From the human T2T-CHM13v2.0 reference genome, Homo sapiens, in assembly GCF_009914755.1 (NCBI RefSeq), contig NC_060932.1: a stretch of 64,000 bases of DNA; one strand, 5' to 3'. The notes beneath the pieces were generated by a model. The model saw nothing but the letters and a program-made list of their open reading frames with translations. It was not told where the DNA came from and searched no databases. Below are positions 14,567 through 29,629 of this stretch, piece by piece. The position numbers were made by a program, and so were the translations under genes. The stretch's first letter is position 1. Each line of letters begins with the position of its first letter.

Positions 14567-15591
14567 ATGAGAAAGAATCAAAGAAGAAATACTGAAAACC
14601 CAAAAGGCCAGAGTGACTCTTCTCCTCCAAATGATTGCAATGCCTCTCCAGCAAGGGCTCAGAACTAGACAGAGGATGAGATGGACGAATTGACAGAAGT
14701 ATGCTTCAGAAGATGGGTAATAAAAAACTCTGCTGAGCTAAAGGAGCATGTTCTAACCCAATGCAAAGAAGCTAAGAACCTTGATAAAAGGCTAGAGGAG
14801 CTACAAAGTAGAATAACTAGTTTAGAGAAGAAAATGAATGACCTGATGGAGCTGAAAAACACAGCACAAGAACTTTATGAAGCATACACAAATATCCATA
14901 GCCGAATTGACCAAGTGAAAGAAAGGATATCAGAGTTTGAAGACCACTTGCTGGAATAAGGCATGCAGACAAGATTAGAGAAAAAAGAATGAAAAGGAAT
15001 GAACAAAGCCTCCAAGAAATATGGGAGTTCGTAAAAAGACTGAACCTACGATTGATTGGGATACCTGAAGGAGACAGGGAGAATGGAACCAAGCTGGAAA
15101 ACACACTTCAGGATATTGTCCAGGAGAACTCCCCCAATCTAGCAAGACAGGCCAAGATGCAAATTCAGGAAATACAGAGAACACCACTAAGATACTCCAC
15201 AACAAGATCAACCCCAAGACACATAATCATCAGATTCTCCAAGGTCAAAATGAAGGAAAAAATGCTAAGGGCAGCCAGAGAGAAAGGCCAGGTCACCTAC
15301 AAAGAGAAGCCCATCAGACCAATAGTGGACCTCTCAGCAGAAACCCTACAAGCCAGAAGAGATTGGGGGCCAATATTCAACATTCTTAAAGAAAAGAATT
15401 TTAAATCCAGAATTTTATATTCAGCCAAACTAAGCTTCCTAAGTGAAGGAGAAATAAAATTCTTTCCAGACAAGCAAATGCTGAGGGATTTTGTTAGCAC
15501 CAGGCCTGCCTTGCAAAAGCTCCTGAAAGAAGCACTAAATATGGAAAGGAAAAACTGGTACCAGCCACTGCAAAAACACACCAAAATATAA
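14567..15591 (+). pseudogene. Disrupted L1 ORF1p
   Basis: MRKNQRRNTEN..., MKRNEQSLQEIWEFVKRLNLRLIG...LSAETLQARRDWGPIF; internal stops and a frameshift. Confidence 0.9.
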
Positions 15592-15651
15592 AGACCAATG
15601 ACACTATGAAGAAACTGCATCAACTAATGTGCAAAATAACCAGCTAGCATC

Positions 15652-17003
<1,352 letters not shown>

Positions 17004-17154
17004 AAAAATGCACAAGGGCTCACTTATATCCACTAAGTTCCACTTGTAACCTCAATCCCTTAAGTCTACTTTTCTCAGTTGGCAAATGCTGGATTGGAAC
17101 ACAGCATAAACTACTTACAATTTGTAGTGGTTGTTAGTGGTGAAGCGAATACTG

Positions 17155-17260
17155 AAGTGAAGATCAGGAGGTCAGTTTTGAGTCTGAACTCTGCCACTGA
17201 TGAGCTGTGTGTCCCAGGGCAAGTTGTTTCCACCCTCTGTGTCAGCATCAATATGAGAAG
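17155..17260 (+). mobile_element. MIR fragment
   Basis: tttgagtctgaactctgccactgatgagctgtgtgtcccagggcaagtt resembles the MIR core. Confidence 0.55.
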
Positions 17261-17424
17261 GGCATGTAATTGCCCCCATGAGCTCCTCCCTCCTCAGAGA
17301 TTGGGGTTTCAGTTATTATGTGTCTGGTTGTATAGACTGTCTTGGAAATTACTTTCTGTTTTGTTTATTTGTTTGTTTGTTTGTTTGTTTTTTGAGTGTC
17401 TAGATTTTGTCAGCGTTTTGTAGT

Positions 17425-17535
17425 AGATTGAAATCTTCTAAGGGTGGGGGCATAGAACCTGTCTCTTTCTTGTGTCTTTCAATAAAGCCCAATGCAGTTC
17501 TGTGCATGGTGCAAAATCTTTGTTGAATAAATGTG
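17425..17535 (+). mobile_element. L2 3' end fragment
   Basis: tagattgaaatcttctaagggt...cagttctgtgcatggt...tttgttgaataaatg. Confidence 0.5.
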
Positions 17536-19814
17536 TTTGAAGAATTAAAAATGTCAGAAAGCTAAGTATCATTAGTACCAGAGACCTAAATGGTTATAGA
17601 TATCACTTCATTTAAGAAATGTACATAGGAGCCATCTAACTTCTGTGAGGTAATTTACTGCCACCAGGAAACTGGATCACAGGAAACTGGATTACAGAGA
17701 GTGCAATGACATCTCTTAAGCCTCTAATTCCCTCTGTCTCTCTTTTCTTAAGTATAAGGATATGTTCTCCTTCTTACAGTCATGAGGATCTCATATCAGA
17801 TATGTGTCCTCTTAGTACATTAATCCTGGGCAAATTAGAATTAGAGGAAACCTAGACTGGAAAGAGAAACTAAGTCTGGTGAATGGCAGAGCAGAAATGG
17901 AAGGCTTTTCAAATTTGGCTTTGGGAGAGATAACAAGGGGTTGGAGAAGATGAAACATGAATTATATTACACATGCATTAGTGAGGAGGAAGGAGACTGA
18001 TGTGCTAGAGGATTTCTCTGCAACTTCTCCAGCATCAATGATGCAAAGGTGGCGTGAGAAAGAGGTAAGCAGAGACAGAGTCCCTGAGTCTTAATGGTAT
18101 TTGTTAAGTAAAAATCACCCAATGCTCCATCCTTCTCAAACACTGACGTTTTTGCACATCTTTGGAATAATGATGAGATTTGGAAAGAGGAAGTCAACAA
18201 TGGAGTCTTAATACTCTAATGCACTTGAAAGAAGGTCAAAAAATGTTCTTAAATTCATATTGTCTGCCATAGTGACACTCTGGGGAATAGTGATCCTTCG
18301 AAATCTCTAATTAACAAGAGATGGAAAATGGAAATTAATTATGCAGTACCCTCATTATTGTTTTCAAATGTACAAAATGTTGTTGATTGTTTTGTTGTTG
18401 TTCTATGTGTCACATTTAATTGCTTCATTTCATTAATGTATAGTGGTTTTCTTCTGTCCACTTGAGACTTATATTTCTTAGGCCTATTTGTCTCCAAACG
18501 ACTAGTTCTCCTCCCATAGGGGTGATTTTTAGGTTCAGGTTATAAAAGCACACATTTTAAGGTTGCCAAGGTAGTACAGTGTACTTGTTGTTTATAAAAG
18601 TTTATTATTCTAAAATAAGTAGCCTGGTCTCTGAGTGTAGGTCACTTTGCTTATGATGGCTGAAGGGTGCAGAGTGTTCTCAGCAGGCTTCATTGTCTTC
18701 TCTTCACCTCCTCCCTGCAAGCTCTGATCCCTGAGGGGGTCCAGAGGTGGCTCCTGTGGGGGCCTTAACTCTCTACTATTCTGAGACCAGAAAGCACCTC
18801 AGTGGTTTGTGGAAATCCTCAGCTGAACCTGGCCTTCCTTGTTTACTCTGAAACTGAAATGCCAGAGACAAAACGCTGATAGATTCCACTGAAGGTGAGA
18901 AACTAAGAAACTCACATTTATGGTGCACACACACACACAGTCTGAGCACTGTAAGTGATTATACAAATATAATCTCCCTTCTTTACAGCTATGCAGTGAG
19001 ATTGCATTGTCACCATTTAGAACTGAGGGCGCAGAGGCTGAGTACACATGAGGGGCTGGCCAAAGACTCTCAGCCTGCACCCCCGAGCCCTTGCGTTATT
19101 CTAAGCTGTTTCATTTCCTTTCTTGCAATTGTCCTCTCCTCTGCTCTCCAAACTGTCAAGTCCTGAGGTACAAGACCTCAGGCGCTGAGTCCTCCTTCCC
19201 TCTCTCCCCAGTCCTTAGGACCCTAGCTGGCTGTGGCTCTTCCACACCACACATGCCCCATGTGCCTTCTGACCTGCGTCTCATTTGATCATGCATGCTC
19301 TGTGAGCTTACCCGCTCAGGTTAATTTGTATTTATATTACTCTTTGCAGAGGATTTTTTTCAAACAGGTAAAATTAAAGATAGTCCTTAAAATGTTCCCA
19401 TAAGTTAATGTTTAACAATATAGATGATTTAATTCCCTATTTTCTTCTATTATTTTAAGTATGTGAAAATACTGAGTACATCACAACTACTTATACATTT
19501 TACTTCCACAGTATTTAGCTGTTAATTGACCCTACAAACCATTACATTGGAGAGAAAATGCATTTTCAAAGATGGTAAAATTAACATAATTGGTAGATAG
19601 CTGACTCTTAGATGCAAGTATATCATCTCATATAACATAGAAAATTATTTTACTAATTCATCATTGTCTATCTCTGTGTGCCAATATTAGGGTTCTTAAA
19701 ATGTCTTTGTAGGTCTAAGGAAGTCCTTATACCTTAATCAAGGAGGACTGGAGTAGTGATGTGTTTGCAAAGCGGAGCAGGACGTTTATAGAATCTGTTT
19801 ATACAGTAGGAACT

Positions 19815-19930
19815 GTTTTTCTGTTTGTTTGTTTGTTTTTAGAGACAGGGTCTTTCTCTGTCACCCAGACTGAAGCACAGTGGCATGATCATAGTTCACT
19901 GCAGCCTCAATCTCCTGGGCTCAAGGGACC
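19815..19930 (-). mobile_element. Truncated AluJ/FLAM-type monomer
   Basis: agagacagggtct...atcatagttcactgcagcctcaatctcctgggctcaag with a (GTTT)n tail. Confidence 0.8.
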
Positions 19931-21389
19931 CTCCCCCGTCATCTTCTTAGAGGATCTGACTTGGTCCAAGTTGGCTGATAAGAGCATTTCCAGGGAGGCT
20001 GGATTAACAATCTTGCCCATTCCCTCGAGGTTACCTCTGCCCACCACACATTACTCCTGGATATCAGATCCAGAATTTTGCCTATTGTCCCTGCTCAAGG
20101 GAATCAAATGTAGCAACATTTCCTCCCCTGATTCACTCACAAATATCATCATCTTCCCACTCTGACCATGTTTTGAGTATGTCCTAATATGATGTTTCTC
20201 AACCTTGAGAATTGCCTGCCAAAGATACCTTAAAAGTGCTAAGGCTCTTGACTTGTGCAGTATCATTATATAAATGCTATGGCTATGAGTCATAGATAAT
20301 TCATAGATTTATTAGCCTTGAGTTGTGGGCAGGGAGAAGGCTTGAAATGGAAAACTTAGCTCTCTTTGCATTTGCCACTGATTATCAGGAAAATTTATTT
20401 GAATTTCAAGATCAGACACACCTGATGCATCTAGAATCTCTTAGTTGTCCACTAAATATCTGAGTGAAAATGCAGACACTGTGGTAGTCATGACATCGAA
20501 AACCTTAATATAGGAAGGCCCCTAGAAATATTCTGGCTTAGCCTCCTCCTTGTTGCTAAGAGTGTGACTTGCCTAAAGTCACCTACTAGGTGATGGGGAA
20601 GAGTTCGAGCCTTCGTCTTATTACTCACGTGATTACCTTTCAGATGATCAGGACAATTTAATAGCAGAAGCATGATACTCAATAAAAAAGGGGGAGTTTG
20701 TTTAATCTTTTTGGTTTTTTATACATATAATGCAAATTAATTTGGTAATTAATTTGTTTTTAATTGGTATTTCCATTTTGTACTTTTAAATATCATATAA
20801 TTATGACCACATGCCAACAATAGATAGGTTTTGTTCATACTATAAAATAACAGCAATATACAAAAGTAGATCACTGATAGAAACAAAGAGTAACTTGCAG
20901 CAGCAATTTATTATAAGACTTGTTTCTGTTTTTATATTTTTACGACACCTGAGTTGGGAGAGAAATGTAATAATAGAGTTAAACTTGGGAACAGTCTAAC
21001 ACACTTTTCTGAGCACATTCACACTTGCTGGAAAGAGTGATTTATATGCACTTAAGGTAACAGAGGAAATAGCAAAGTCAAAATTTTAAAATGACCCATG
21101 ACTTTTCATAAACATACAAGTTTATTTCTTATTTTTAATGCCTTTGGTTTGTCTCAGGGGAAAATAATAAAATTTGTTTCTTGAGTTATTTTTTGTTCAG
21201 CTGCACATTCCCTAGGGTTAGATTTTAGAGAGTATTCTAAGAATGTTCTCTGGTGCCTGGGGTTTGCTGCATTTGAAAACCTGGTGTTTTAAACAAATTT
21301 TTTTTTTCAATTAATATGGGACAGAAAATATTGAACCAATTAGCATAGAAGAATGTAGCTTGTTGCATTTAACGACCAAATCTATCGTT

Positions 21390-21520
21390 TATTAATTCTG
21401 TGACCTTTGGTTTCTTTTTACTCATCGGCAAAATTGGGAAGATTATAATATTAATATTATTGGACTGTCAGGATGATTAGCACTTTTAATGTAAAGAGTG
21501 TACCACATAACAGGTATTTA
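21390..21520 (+). mobile_element. MIR fragment
   Basis: ctgtgacctttgg...ctcatcggcaaaattggga...ataata...aatgtaaagagtgt. Confidence 0.5.
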
Positions 21521-23890
21521 GTTCATTTTACATTGGAGAGCTTAGTCTGTACAACCGGGAGGGCTTCCCAGGGGTCTGGAAAGGCAGGGAAGGATGGAGG
21601 TGCAGTTCTGTGCCTACCAGCCCTCTCGGTCCAGCCTCTGCAGTCAGAAAGGCAGGGCGGCAGGAGGGAAGGCTGAGTCTTCCCTCACACACACGTTCTC
21701 TGAACTTCCCTACCACCCTGTGTTCTGGAGTCCCAGGCAGTGTGAAGTGTATTTCACACAATACCATGCAGTTTTACTTTCCCAACATCAGTGCAGCAGG
21801 GGCAAAGAAGGGGAACACGGGTGCTGGCAGGATTGGGTCTCCAAGACAAAGGGAGCCTCTGCTTCAATGACCCCACCAGCTGGAGTTCTTCACAGATAAA
21901 CCTTAAGGCCCAAGGCAAGGTTCTGTCCTGGGCACCTGCTCCCCTGCATTGACTGGAGTGATATGGAGGTGTTTCATCAGGGTATTAGGATGTTTCCTGA
22001 TGCTTGGTCTTTAAGGACAGATGTTGCATTCGGAAGTGCAGATGCATCCAGTCACTGTGTTTTTCTCATGCACTCACAATCCATGCAATTACACAACTTG
22101 AAGTATTTAAATTTTTCCCATTGGTGGGAAGTTTCAGCAGCAAACTTAGCATTGCCAGATTTTAATCATTTCATGTAGACTCATTATTGTTTCATGTTTA
22201 ATTCTTGCCAGTACACAATTTATCATGACTTCAAAATATATTGGCTGATGATTTATAGGCTTATTTAGTGCCTGCACCTCCATGTTGATGTCTGGGAAAA
22301 CACCACAAAGTCTCTTGCCAAAGGCAAACTGATCTTCCTAAGGGTCACCTTGAGAGGGTACTCACAGCACCATCTATAGTTTTTGTTGCATAAAATATAT
22401 TTTCTAAAATTATCGTTGAACAGCTTGAATGGCTTCATACCACGTAATAGCTCAAAACACCTCTCTCGGTCCCCCCTCCCTTTCTCTCTTTTATCTAATA
22501 TTTATGAAGCATCTACTTTGCCCCAAAGTAATAGGCAATTTTAAGATGAATAAGATAGTTTCAGGAGCTCCACTGTGAAGTCACAATAGTATTATCAGCG
22601 CTTCTCTAGGGCTGCACCATTATAGATAACTGAAATACAGAAAAACGTGGGTCTCTCTTAGAGGATGACAGCTGGCTAGGTCCTCCAGCCACATGTTCAA
22701 AGGCAAATGGATGGGAACGCTGAGAGATGAGATGGAGACAGCTTTCTCCCATTGCTGGCTATAAATGACAAACACGGGAGATTCTTTTGCAATATTAGCT
22801 TTAATGAAAACCAAAATTAAATAAAGAGGAGGCTGATAAATGAGCTGAGCAAGCATCTCAGTGTAAAATACAATTCATCAGAGCCAATCAGGACCTAAAC
22901 TACAACAAAATACCGCCTTTCCCAACAGAAAGGCTATTGAATGACTCAGACCATCTGTGTGATGCCTTCAGCTGCCCATTTTACTTTTGCTATATAGATA
23001 CATTCAGAAGTTATCCAATAACTTAAAAACTTTTTTTATGAAACTAGACTTCAAAGTTATTATCTTCAAGATTGTTAAGCCCATAGAGCACAGCAATAAT
23101 CAAAGATAAAGAAAGACTTTAAGATTCAAATTCAAGTCCATTTGACTAGCTAAAGTTTCAACACAGAACAAAAGCCAAAGTAGGGAGTGAATTCAATGAT
23201 GAATTTACTGGAAACTAGAGAATTTTCCCTTGGACTTCTGTTACAGACCTAGAGAACAATGATGAAATCATTCAAATTTCAGTTTCAGTTTTTAATCCTA
23301 CCATGAGCCACATGATTCTTAGGGAGATTAGATGTGCAGAGAGCTACAGGCAATGAAAGGGAATTGGAAAAACGCTGGATACTATTAATACAATCTACCA
23401 CTTCTTGAGTTTTTCATAGATATGTTGCAGATTCTCCAGAATCTTCTTTAATTGTTACTCAATCATTCCACAAATATTTAATGGGCCCAGCCATGTTCCA
23501 GGCACATTGGGACCAATAAAGAAATAGAAACCACGGTCTCTGGTTTAGGATAATTAAAATGAGTTTGGATGGAATCTCGGTGCATAAATTTGCTGAGACA
23601 ACTAGCCAAGGAATGTCTGTGCCTGCTGAAAAAGTAATAACATAATGAAAGGAGAGAGGGATTGCCAACTCCACTGAGCTTGCTAATACCTGGGGCAGAA
23701 ATTGTGACAAGGAAAGGTGTGGAGATACATGACTGTAGAATACTTTCTAGTGAGAAAAAAATTTTTAAATAAACTTTTGAGGATAAATTCAGTGTAACAA
23801 TAATTATGGCATCTCCATCTTTGAAAACCTTATTTGAAGTCATTTTCCCCCAAAGCATAAGTCATCAACTACAGTCTTTTTCATGTTTTA

Positions 23891-23986
23891 TTAGGTTGGT
23901 ACAAAAGTAATTGCACCAAGCTAAAAGTAATGGCAAAAGCCGCAATTACTTTTGCACCAATGTAACTGCAATTACTTTTGCACCAA
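23891..23986. mobile_element. MADE1 (Hsmar1-derived MITE), internally rearranged
   Basis: Hsmar1 TIR ttaggttggt(a)caaaagtaattgc and its reverse gcaattacttttgcaccaa, the latter present twice. Confidence 0.88.
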
Positions 23987-24008
23987 AAGTGAAACTACAT
24001 TTCACTTT

Positions 24009-24385
24009 TATTTGATTTTATTTCAATAGTTTTTGGAGAACAGGTGGGTGTGTTTTGGTTATATGGATAAGCTCTTAAGTGGTGATTACTGAGATTTTGG
24101 TGCACCTGTCACCTGAACAGTACACACTGCACCCAATATGTAATCTTTTATTCCTCACCCCCTTCCCAACTTTTCTCCGGAGTCCCCAAATTCCATTATA
24201 TCATTCTGCCTTTGCATCCTCATAGCTTACCTCCAAATCCTCATACTGTCTCACTTATAAGTGGGAAGACATGATATTTTGTTGTCCATTTCTGAGCTAT
24301 TTCACTTAGACTAATGGTCTCCAAACCCATCCAGGTTGTTGTGAATGCCATTATTTGTTCAGTTTTATGCTGAGTAGTAGTCCAT

Positions 24386-24430
<45 letters not shown>

Positions 24431-24505
24431 TTTTCTTTATCCACTCATTGGTCGATGGGCATTTAGGCTGGTTCCAAATTTTTGCAATTGCAAATTGGAC
24501 TGCTA
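24009..24505 (-). mobile_element. L1PB-type 5'-truncated 3' end
   Basis: gtggtgattactgagattttggtgcacc 3' UTR motif; TSD gaaa(c/t)tacatttca(c/t)ttt at 23991-24008 and 24506-24523; internal (TG)n(TA)n. Confidence 0.85.
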
Positions 24506-25474
24506 GAAATTACATTTCATTTTGAACGTAAGTGCTTGTTTGTCATCGTCTCTCTAAGCCAACAATCTTCTTGATGACAAAGACCAAGACGATCTTGGCC
24601 TGGAGCCTCAGAAGCAGATACATTAAAGTACTTACTCCATGAATAGTTTTTAATTACTTTTTCTTCATACTCCAGGGAAAGATTTGGGATCAAAGCAAAC
24701 TAAAACAAAACAAAGACATTTATTTTCAGCTTAAATTATTTAGATCATTGCTCAAACTGTCCGTTGGGTACCAGGTGTTATTTATGCTCTTTTTAGCAGT
24801 AGTTCAGAGACTTACTTGATAACCTGAATATCAAACATTGCCAGTTTATACATGTTTATTCAACTTTGGGTAATGATTTTAATTTTGAATAATAAAAAGT
24901 TATTTGAATTCTGTATCAAACTGAGGGTTTTTTTTTCTAATTGGTAAAGTACAATCAATACTACATAATAAATCTCATGAATACCTACTACAAGTGCTAG
25001 TCTCCTATGACTAACCCATCAATAAACTGTACCATATTTAAATATAAAATTTAAATTCTTTATTATTCTAAAGTAGGTGATAAATTAGCACGATTTAAAT
25101 TGACTTGGTAGCAAAAAAGCAATCCTGATTTTCATTAGCTGAGAATAAGGACATGATATTTGTACTATAACTACAGGCAACTAAGCTGTTCCTTGGAAGG
25201 GCAATGTAATTTATATTGATTGGTGACTGGGGGTGTGCAGAGGTAGGCACAGGCAAAGGAATATGTGAACCCAAACTCCTGTTATTATTGTTTATCCTTT
25301 CTTTTAGAACAATTCTCAAGTATTTTTGGATTATTAACTTGCTGAGTCTCATAATGTTTCTTTTGAGTAGAAAGTGTAGCACATTTTATAGGTGGAAAAT
25401 CTACAAATCATAAATAGTCATTGGCAGAGGAATTTGCTGTCTATCTTTAATCCTACCTACTCTTCCTGTTTACA

Positions 25475-25545
25475 TTTTGGTTACATGGTTAAGTTCTTTA
25501 GTGGTGATTTCTGAGATTTTGGTGCACCCCGCCACCTGAGCAGTG
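25475..25545 (-). mobile_element. Isolated 70-bp L1PB 3' UTR fragment
   Basis: ttttggttacatggttaagttctttagtggtgatttctgagattttggtgcacc. Confidence 0.75.
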
Positions 25546-26179
25546 ATGTGTGATTAGAAATGTTCAGAAATTCAAATGAGTTTTTGATGTGTTTCTCCTC
25601 TTTGTTAAATATATTGATATGAGTCAGTTAGGGTGCCAAAATATAGTGTAAAGAATGAATGAAACTAATAGGATAATGTAGTCAGTAATACATACTTATT
25701 CCTTTTCACGTGTTACTTCTGATATAAATTACTTAACAAGAGTTCAGAATGTTGCCATAGAAAAGGAATCTCTAGCATACTAGTGACAAATGAAGTTATT
25801 ATAGACCTATACTCAAATTACATAATACCCAAAACAAGTGAGGGACACATTAGACTAGAAAGTTGTTGGCAATATATTGAAATTATTGAAATTTCTCATC
25901 TTGGTATCTGTCTCTAGAGCTCTAGGCAATGTCTAATATATAGTAGGGGAATAAAAATATTCTTAGAAGCTATGTGGACAGTAAAATGCATTAAAGCTTT
26001 ATTCATCTTTGTGGTCTTTAAAAGAAATATGGAAGTCTCTAAAGAAGCACCAGATATCTTTAAGGGAAATTAAGGGTTTGCTGGAATTATAATTGCACGA
26101 GCCTAAATAAAGATACTAAGCATTCATCAGTCATGCAAATTATTTTGCAAGGGGTAGGAAGGAGGGGTGGACTTGAACC

Positions 26180-26375
26180 CAGTGTTTCTCTCTAGGGCCA
26201 TACATGGCATTGCTGGTAGATCAAGTCTTTATGGGGGGGACCGCCCCAAGCCTTGCAGATGTTTAGCATCCTTCACTCGCTGAAAGCCAGCTGTGTTCCC
26301 CAGCAACTGTGGCCATCCAAACTATTTTTTTTTAACATTTCCAAATGCTGATGTAAGTGGGCTGGAGTAGTATCA
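26180..26375. mobile_element. Old hAT-Charlie MITE (MER20/MER117-like)
   Basis: cagtgtttctc...ttgcagatgtttagcatcc...acatttccaaatg pattern. Confidence 0.5.
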
Positions 26376-26550
26376 TTGCATATTCTTATCCTCTTTGTTG
26401 CAATGAAGGGCAAGGTCCTTGCAGAACAGACTCTGGCTAGGGAGCTTTGTACCCTCAGCATTTGTTCTCATCAGCTGAGGAGAAGGAGCCAAAGACAGAT
26501 TCCCTTCCCCAGTTCTGGATAACTCTAAATTTATACCCCATACCACGACA

Positions 26551-27096
26551 TGTGGAAAGAAAAGAAGACCAACCAAATGAGAAAAACAAAGACAATTTGT
26601 TCTTCACTTGTTGTAGCAAGGGAGTCAGCTACCTTCACTTGCATTTAGGCAGACTCATTGCAGGCAGAGGAGTGGAAAAGCTTCATAGTGGAAAAAGGGA
26701 AGGCTCCAGGTGTGCTCTCAATGGAGGCTGTGGGCCTGGGGAGGCTGGAGGCTACCAACTGGAAGCACAAAGTCCTGTGATTTGGTGGTGGTGGTGGGGT
26801 GTATTTGACTTTCTCTGATGTTAAGTTGGAAGTGGGGACAAAAATTAGGGAAGCTGTCAGTTGTTAATTAAGTCCTGATCATTTTGGGTCAACTGCCACA
26901 GAAGTTATTGTTGAGTTTCCTGAATTGTCACTAGAGAGAGCAGTCTGGCCCCCTGCAAGTCTGATTTATGGCAGGCTGGCTGCCTGGGTTGTTATAGATC
27001 AGAAGGTTGGCTTCCTGGAGGTTGCTGCAGATTGTGGGTCACAGTTCTGTTTTATATGTAACATGACCATTGTCCATTTGTATCTTCAATCTCTCA
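26551..27096 (-). mobile_element. Solo ERV1 LTR, MER67-like
   Basis: Reverse complement starts tgagagattgaagatacaaatggacaatgg...ctgtgacccacaatctgcagcaacc...ggaagccaacc; left boundary approximate. Confidence 0.6.
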
Positions 27097-27246
27097 CTAC
27101 AAATAGAAACAGCAATTTCCCCAAGGGAAATAACACTCAAAATGATGACAAAAGTAACATAGTGATTGAAATGGACAAGAAAAGAATTTTATGAATCTTT
27201 CTTAGTCATATGTGTTACAGTAGAGGTATGCCCTGGGATTAATATA

Positions 27247-27895
<649 letters not shown>

Positions 27896-29629
27896 TACAT
27901 TTAAATAGTCCTTGAGGTTTGTCTGTTCTAATTCTCATTTTATTATTTGTTTTTCTTTTTAATTTGTGCTAAAAGTCAAATTTAAATGTTGCAATCTCCT
28001 CTCTGTAATTTTAAGGCAAATTTGTCCTATACGTTGATGTAGCCTTATAAAAATTCATTTTGTGAGCTATTACAGTGGTTAAAAGGATCTTTTCCTGAGA
28101 ATTCCTGGGAATAGCAGAAATATTAGAAATATGCAGGGTAATGGCTTTGTCACTTAATTAATACATTAAATTACTCTGAAATGACAGTTTGTAAAACTGA
28201 TATTTATGTAAGCATTAGAACACAATTGAGTTTGAAAGATTTATGTTTCTGGAGTTGGCTGTCAACCCAACCAAGGATGCTGTGAGGCTTTCTTCCAGAT
28301 ATGTTATTAAATTCATGTGGAGGGCAGAAGCTCCACAGTGTAATTGCAGTGTCAGGACATGCTGGTTGACATAGACTGAAACACTAAAATAAATGTGACA
28401 GTAATAATAATGATCAAGATGTCAGTATTTTAGTCAATTAATATTTTCAGAATAGCACGAAAAATGACTGTCTTTCAAAACACACAAAATCTGCTTGATA
28501 AATATAATCAATGGTTTGATTTAAACATTACAAAGAAAAATAATACTTAAAAAAAAGATTAAGCCAAATGGTGATTTTGCAAACTTGCAACTCAGAGGAA
28601 AAATTAATTCTTCAATGATTAGAATACATTTGAATTAAGTTGAAGCCTAATATTGACTCTAACTCTTACCCTTAGCCCAACATTAATCCTTACCCTATAA
28701 AATAATATTTACATATTATTATACTTCCTCTCGGTGCTTGCTTTTCTTTCTATTTCTCCTCAGGAGCGAAGAAACACTTCTATGTAGGGAGCCGCTTGAA
28801 ATATTTACTATGTATACTTACTCAATAAAATAACTTAAAAATAGCACTCCTCTACTATAATGTGTAGATTATAAAATCTTTAGCATTACTCCCAAATGTT
28901 GCAACCACTCTTGTGATCAAGTACGCAGTTATTGGAAAGAGTTTTGATATTCTGGTCTGAAGAGCGGACATTTGGGGGAAGCTGCGAAATTCAGCAATGC
29001 TCCAAGGTTTCCTTTTATTGTGTCCCCCACTACCGCTGTCCCTAGGCACCATTCGTCTGTTTTTGAAATGCTACTGTAGCCAGTGCCTCTAATTTTAGTG
29101 GAACTTCAGAATGTAGGAAGGGTCCTCCAAAGCAAGAGGAATCCTGTTAGGCAGTTAGCATCCTGGAGGGCTGCTAAAATTATGCCGCAGTAGCCAGCTT
29201 CCCATGGTCCCTATGAATAGAGTTTGCAAAATGAACACATTGCCTTTTGGAACCCACCATTTACCTCTCAAGAGGTGATTTGACAAGACAGTAACGATAG
29301 TTTTCTCTCTTGGCTGTTCATTGGAGGACTGCCATCTCAAAGTCCTGACCCACAGTTACTAGAGTATTTTAAAGTAATGCTTTTACGTGCAATCAATAGA
29401 ACTGCCTTTCCTTGGAGCCTAATCTTCAATGCCGCTTGACGGTCTGTGATTATGAGTCGCCTGGTGATGGCTGTTGGCCCCTGATCAGACACTCTGTCCA
29501 ATGAGCAAGTGCACTTCACTCGTGCTGGAAGCCCCCAGCTAAGTGAAGTCAATTAGTTTCCCAACTAATTGGCCTGAAAAATGCTGCATTTTCATTCAGC
29601 ATTGCATGTAATGGGAATAAATTACCCCT

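Noticed and set aside
17664-17697. Short direct repeat caggaaactggat x2
   Set aside because: Ordinary slippage duplication with two units only
21473-21899. Overlapping ORFs in a moderately GC-rich patch
   Set aside because: No homology or coding signature recognised; GC content explains the lack of stops
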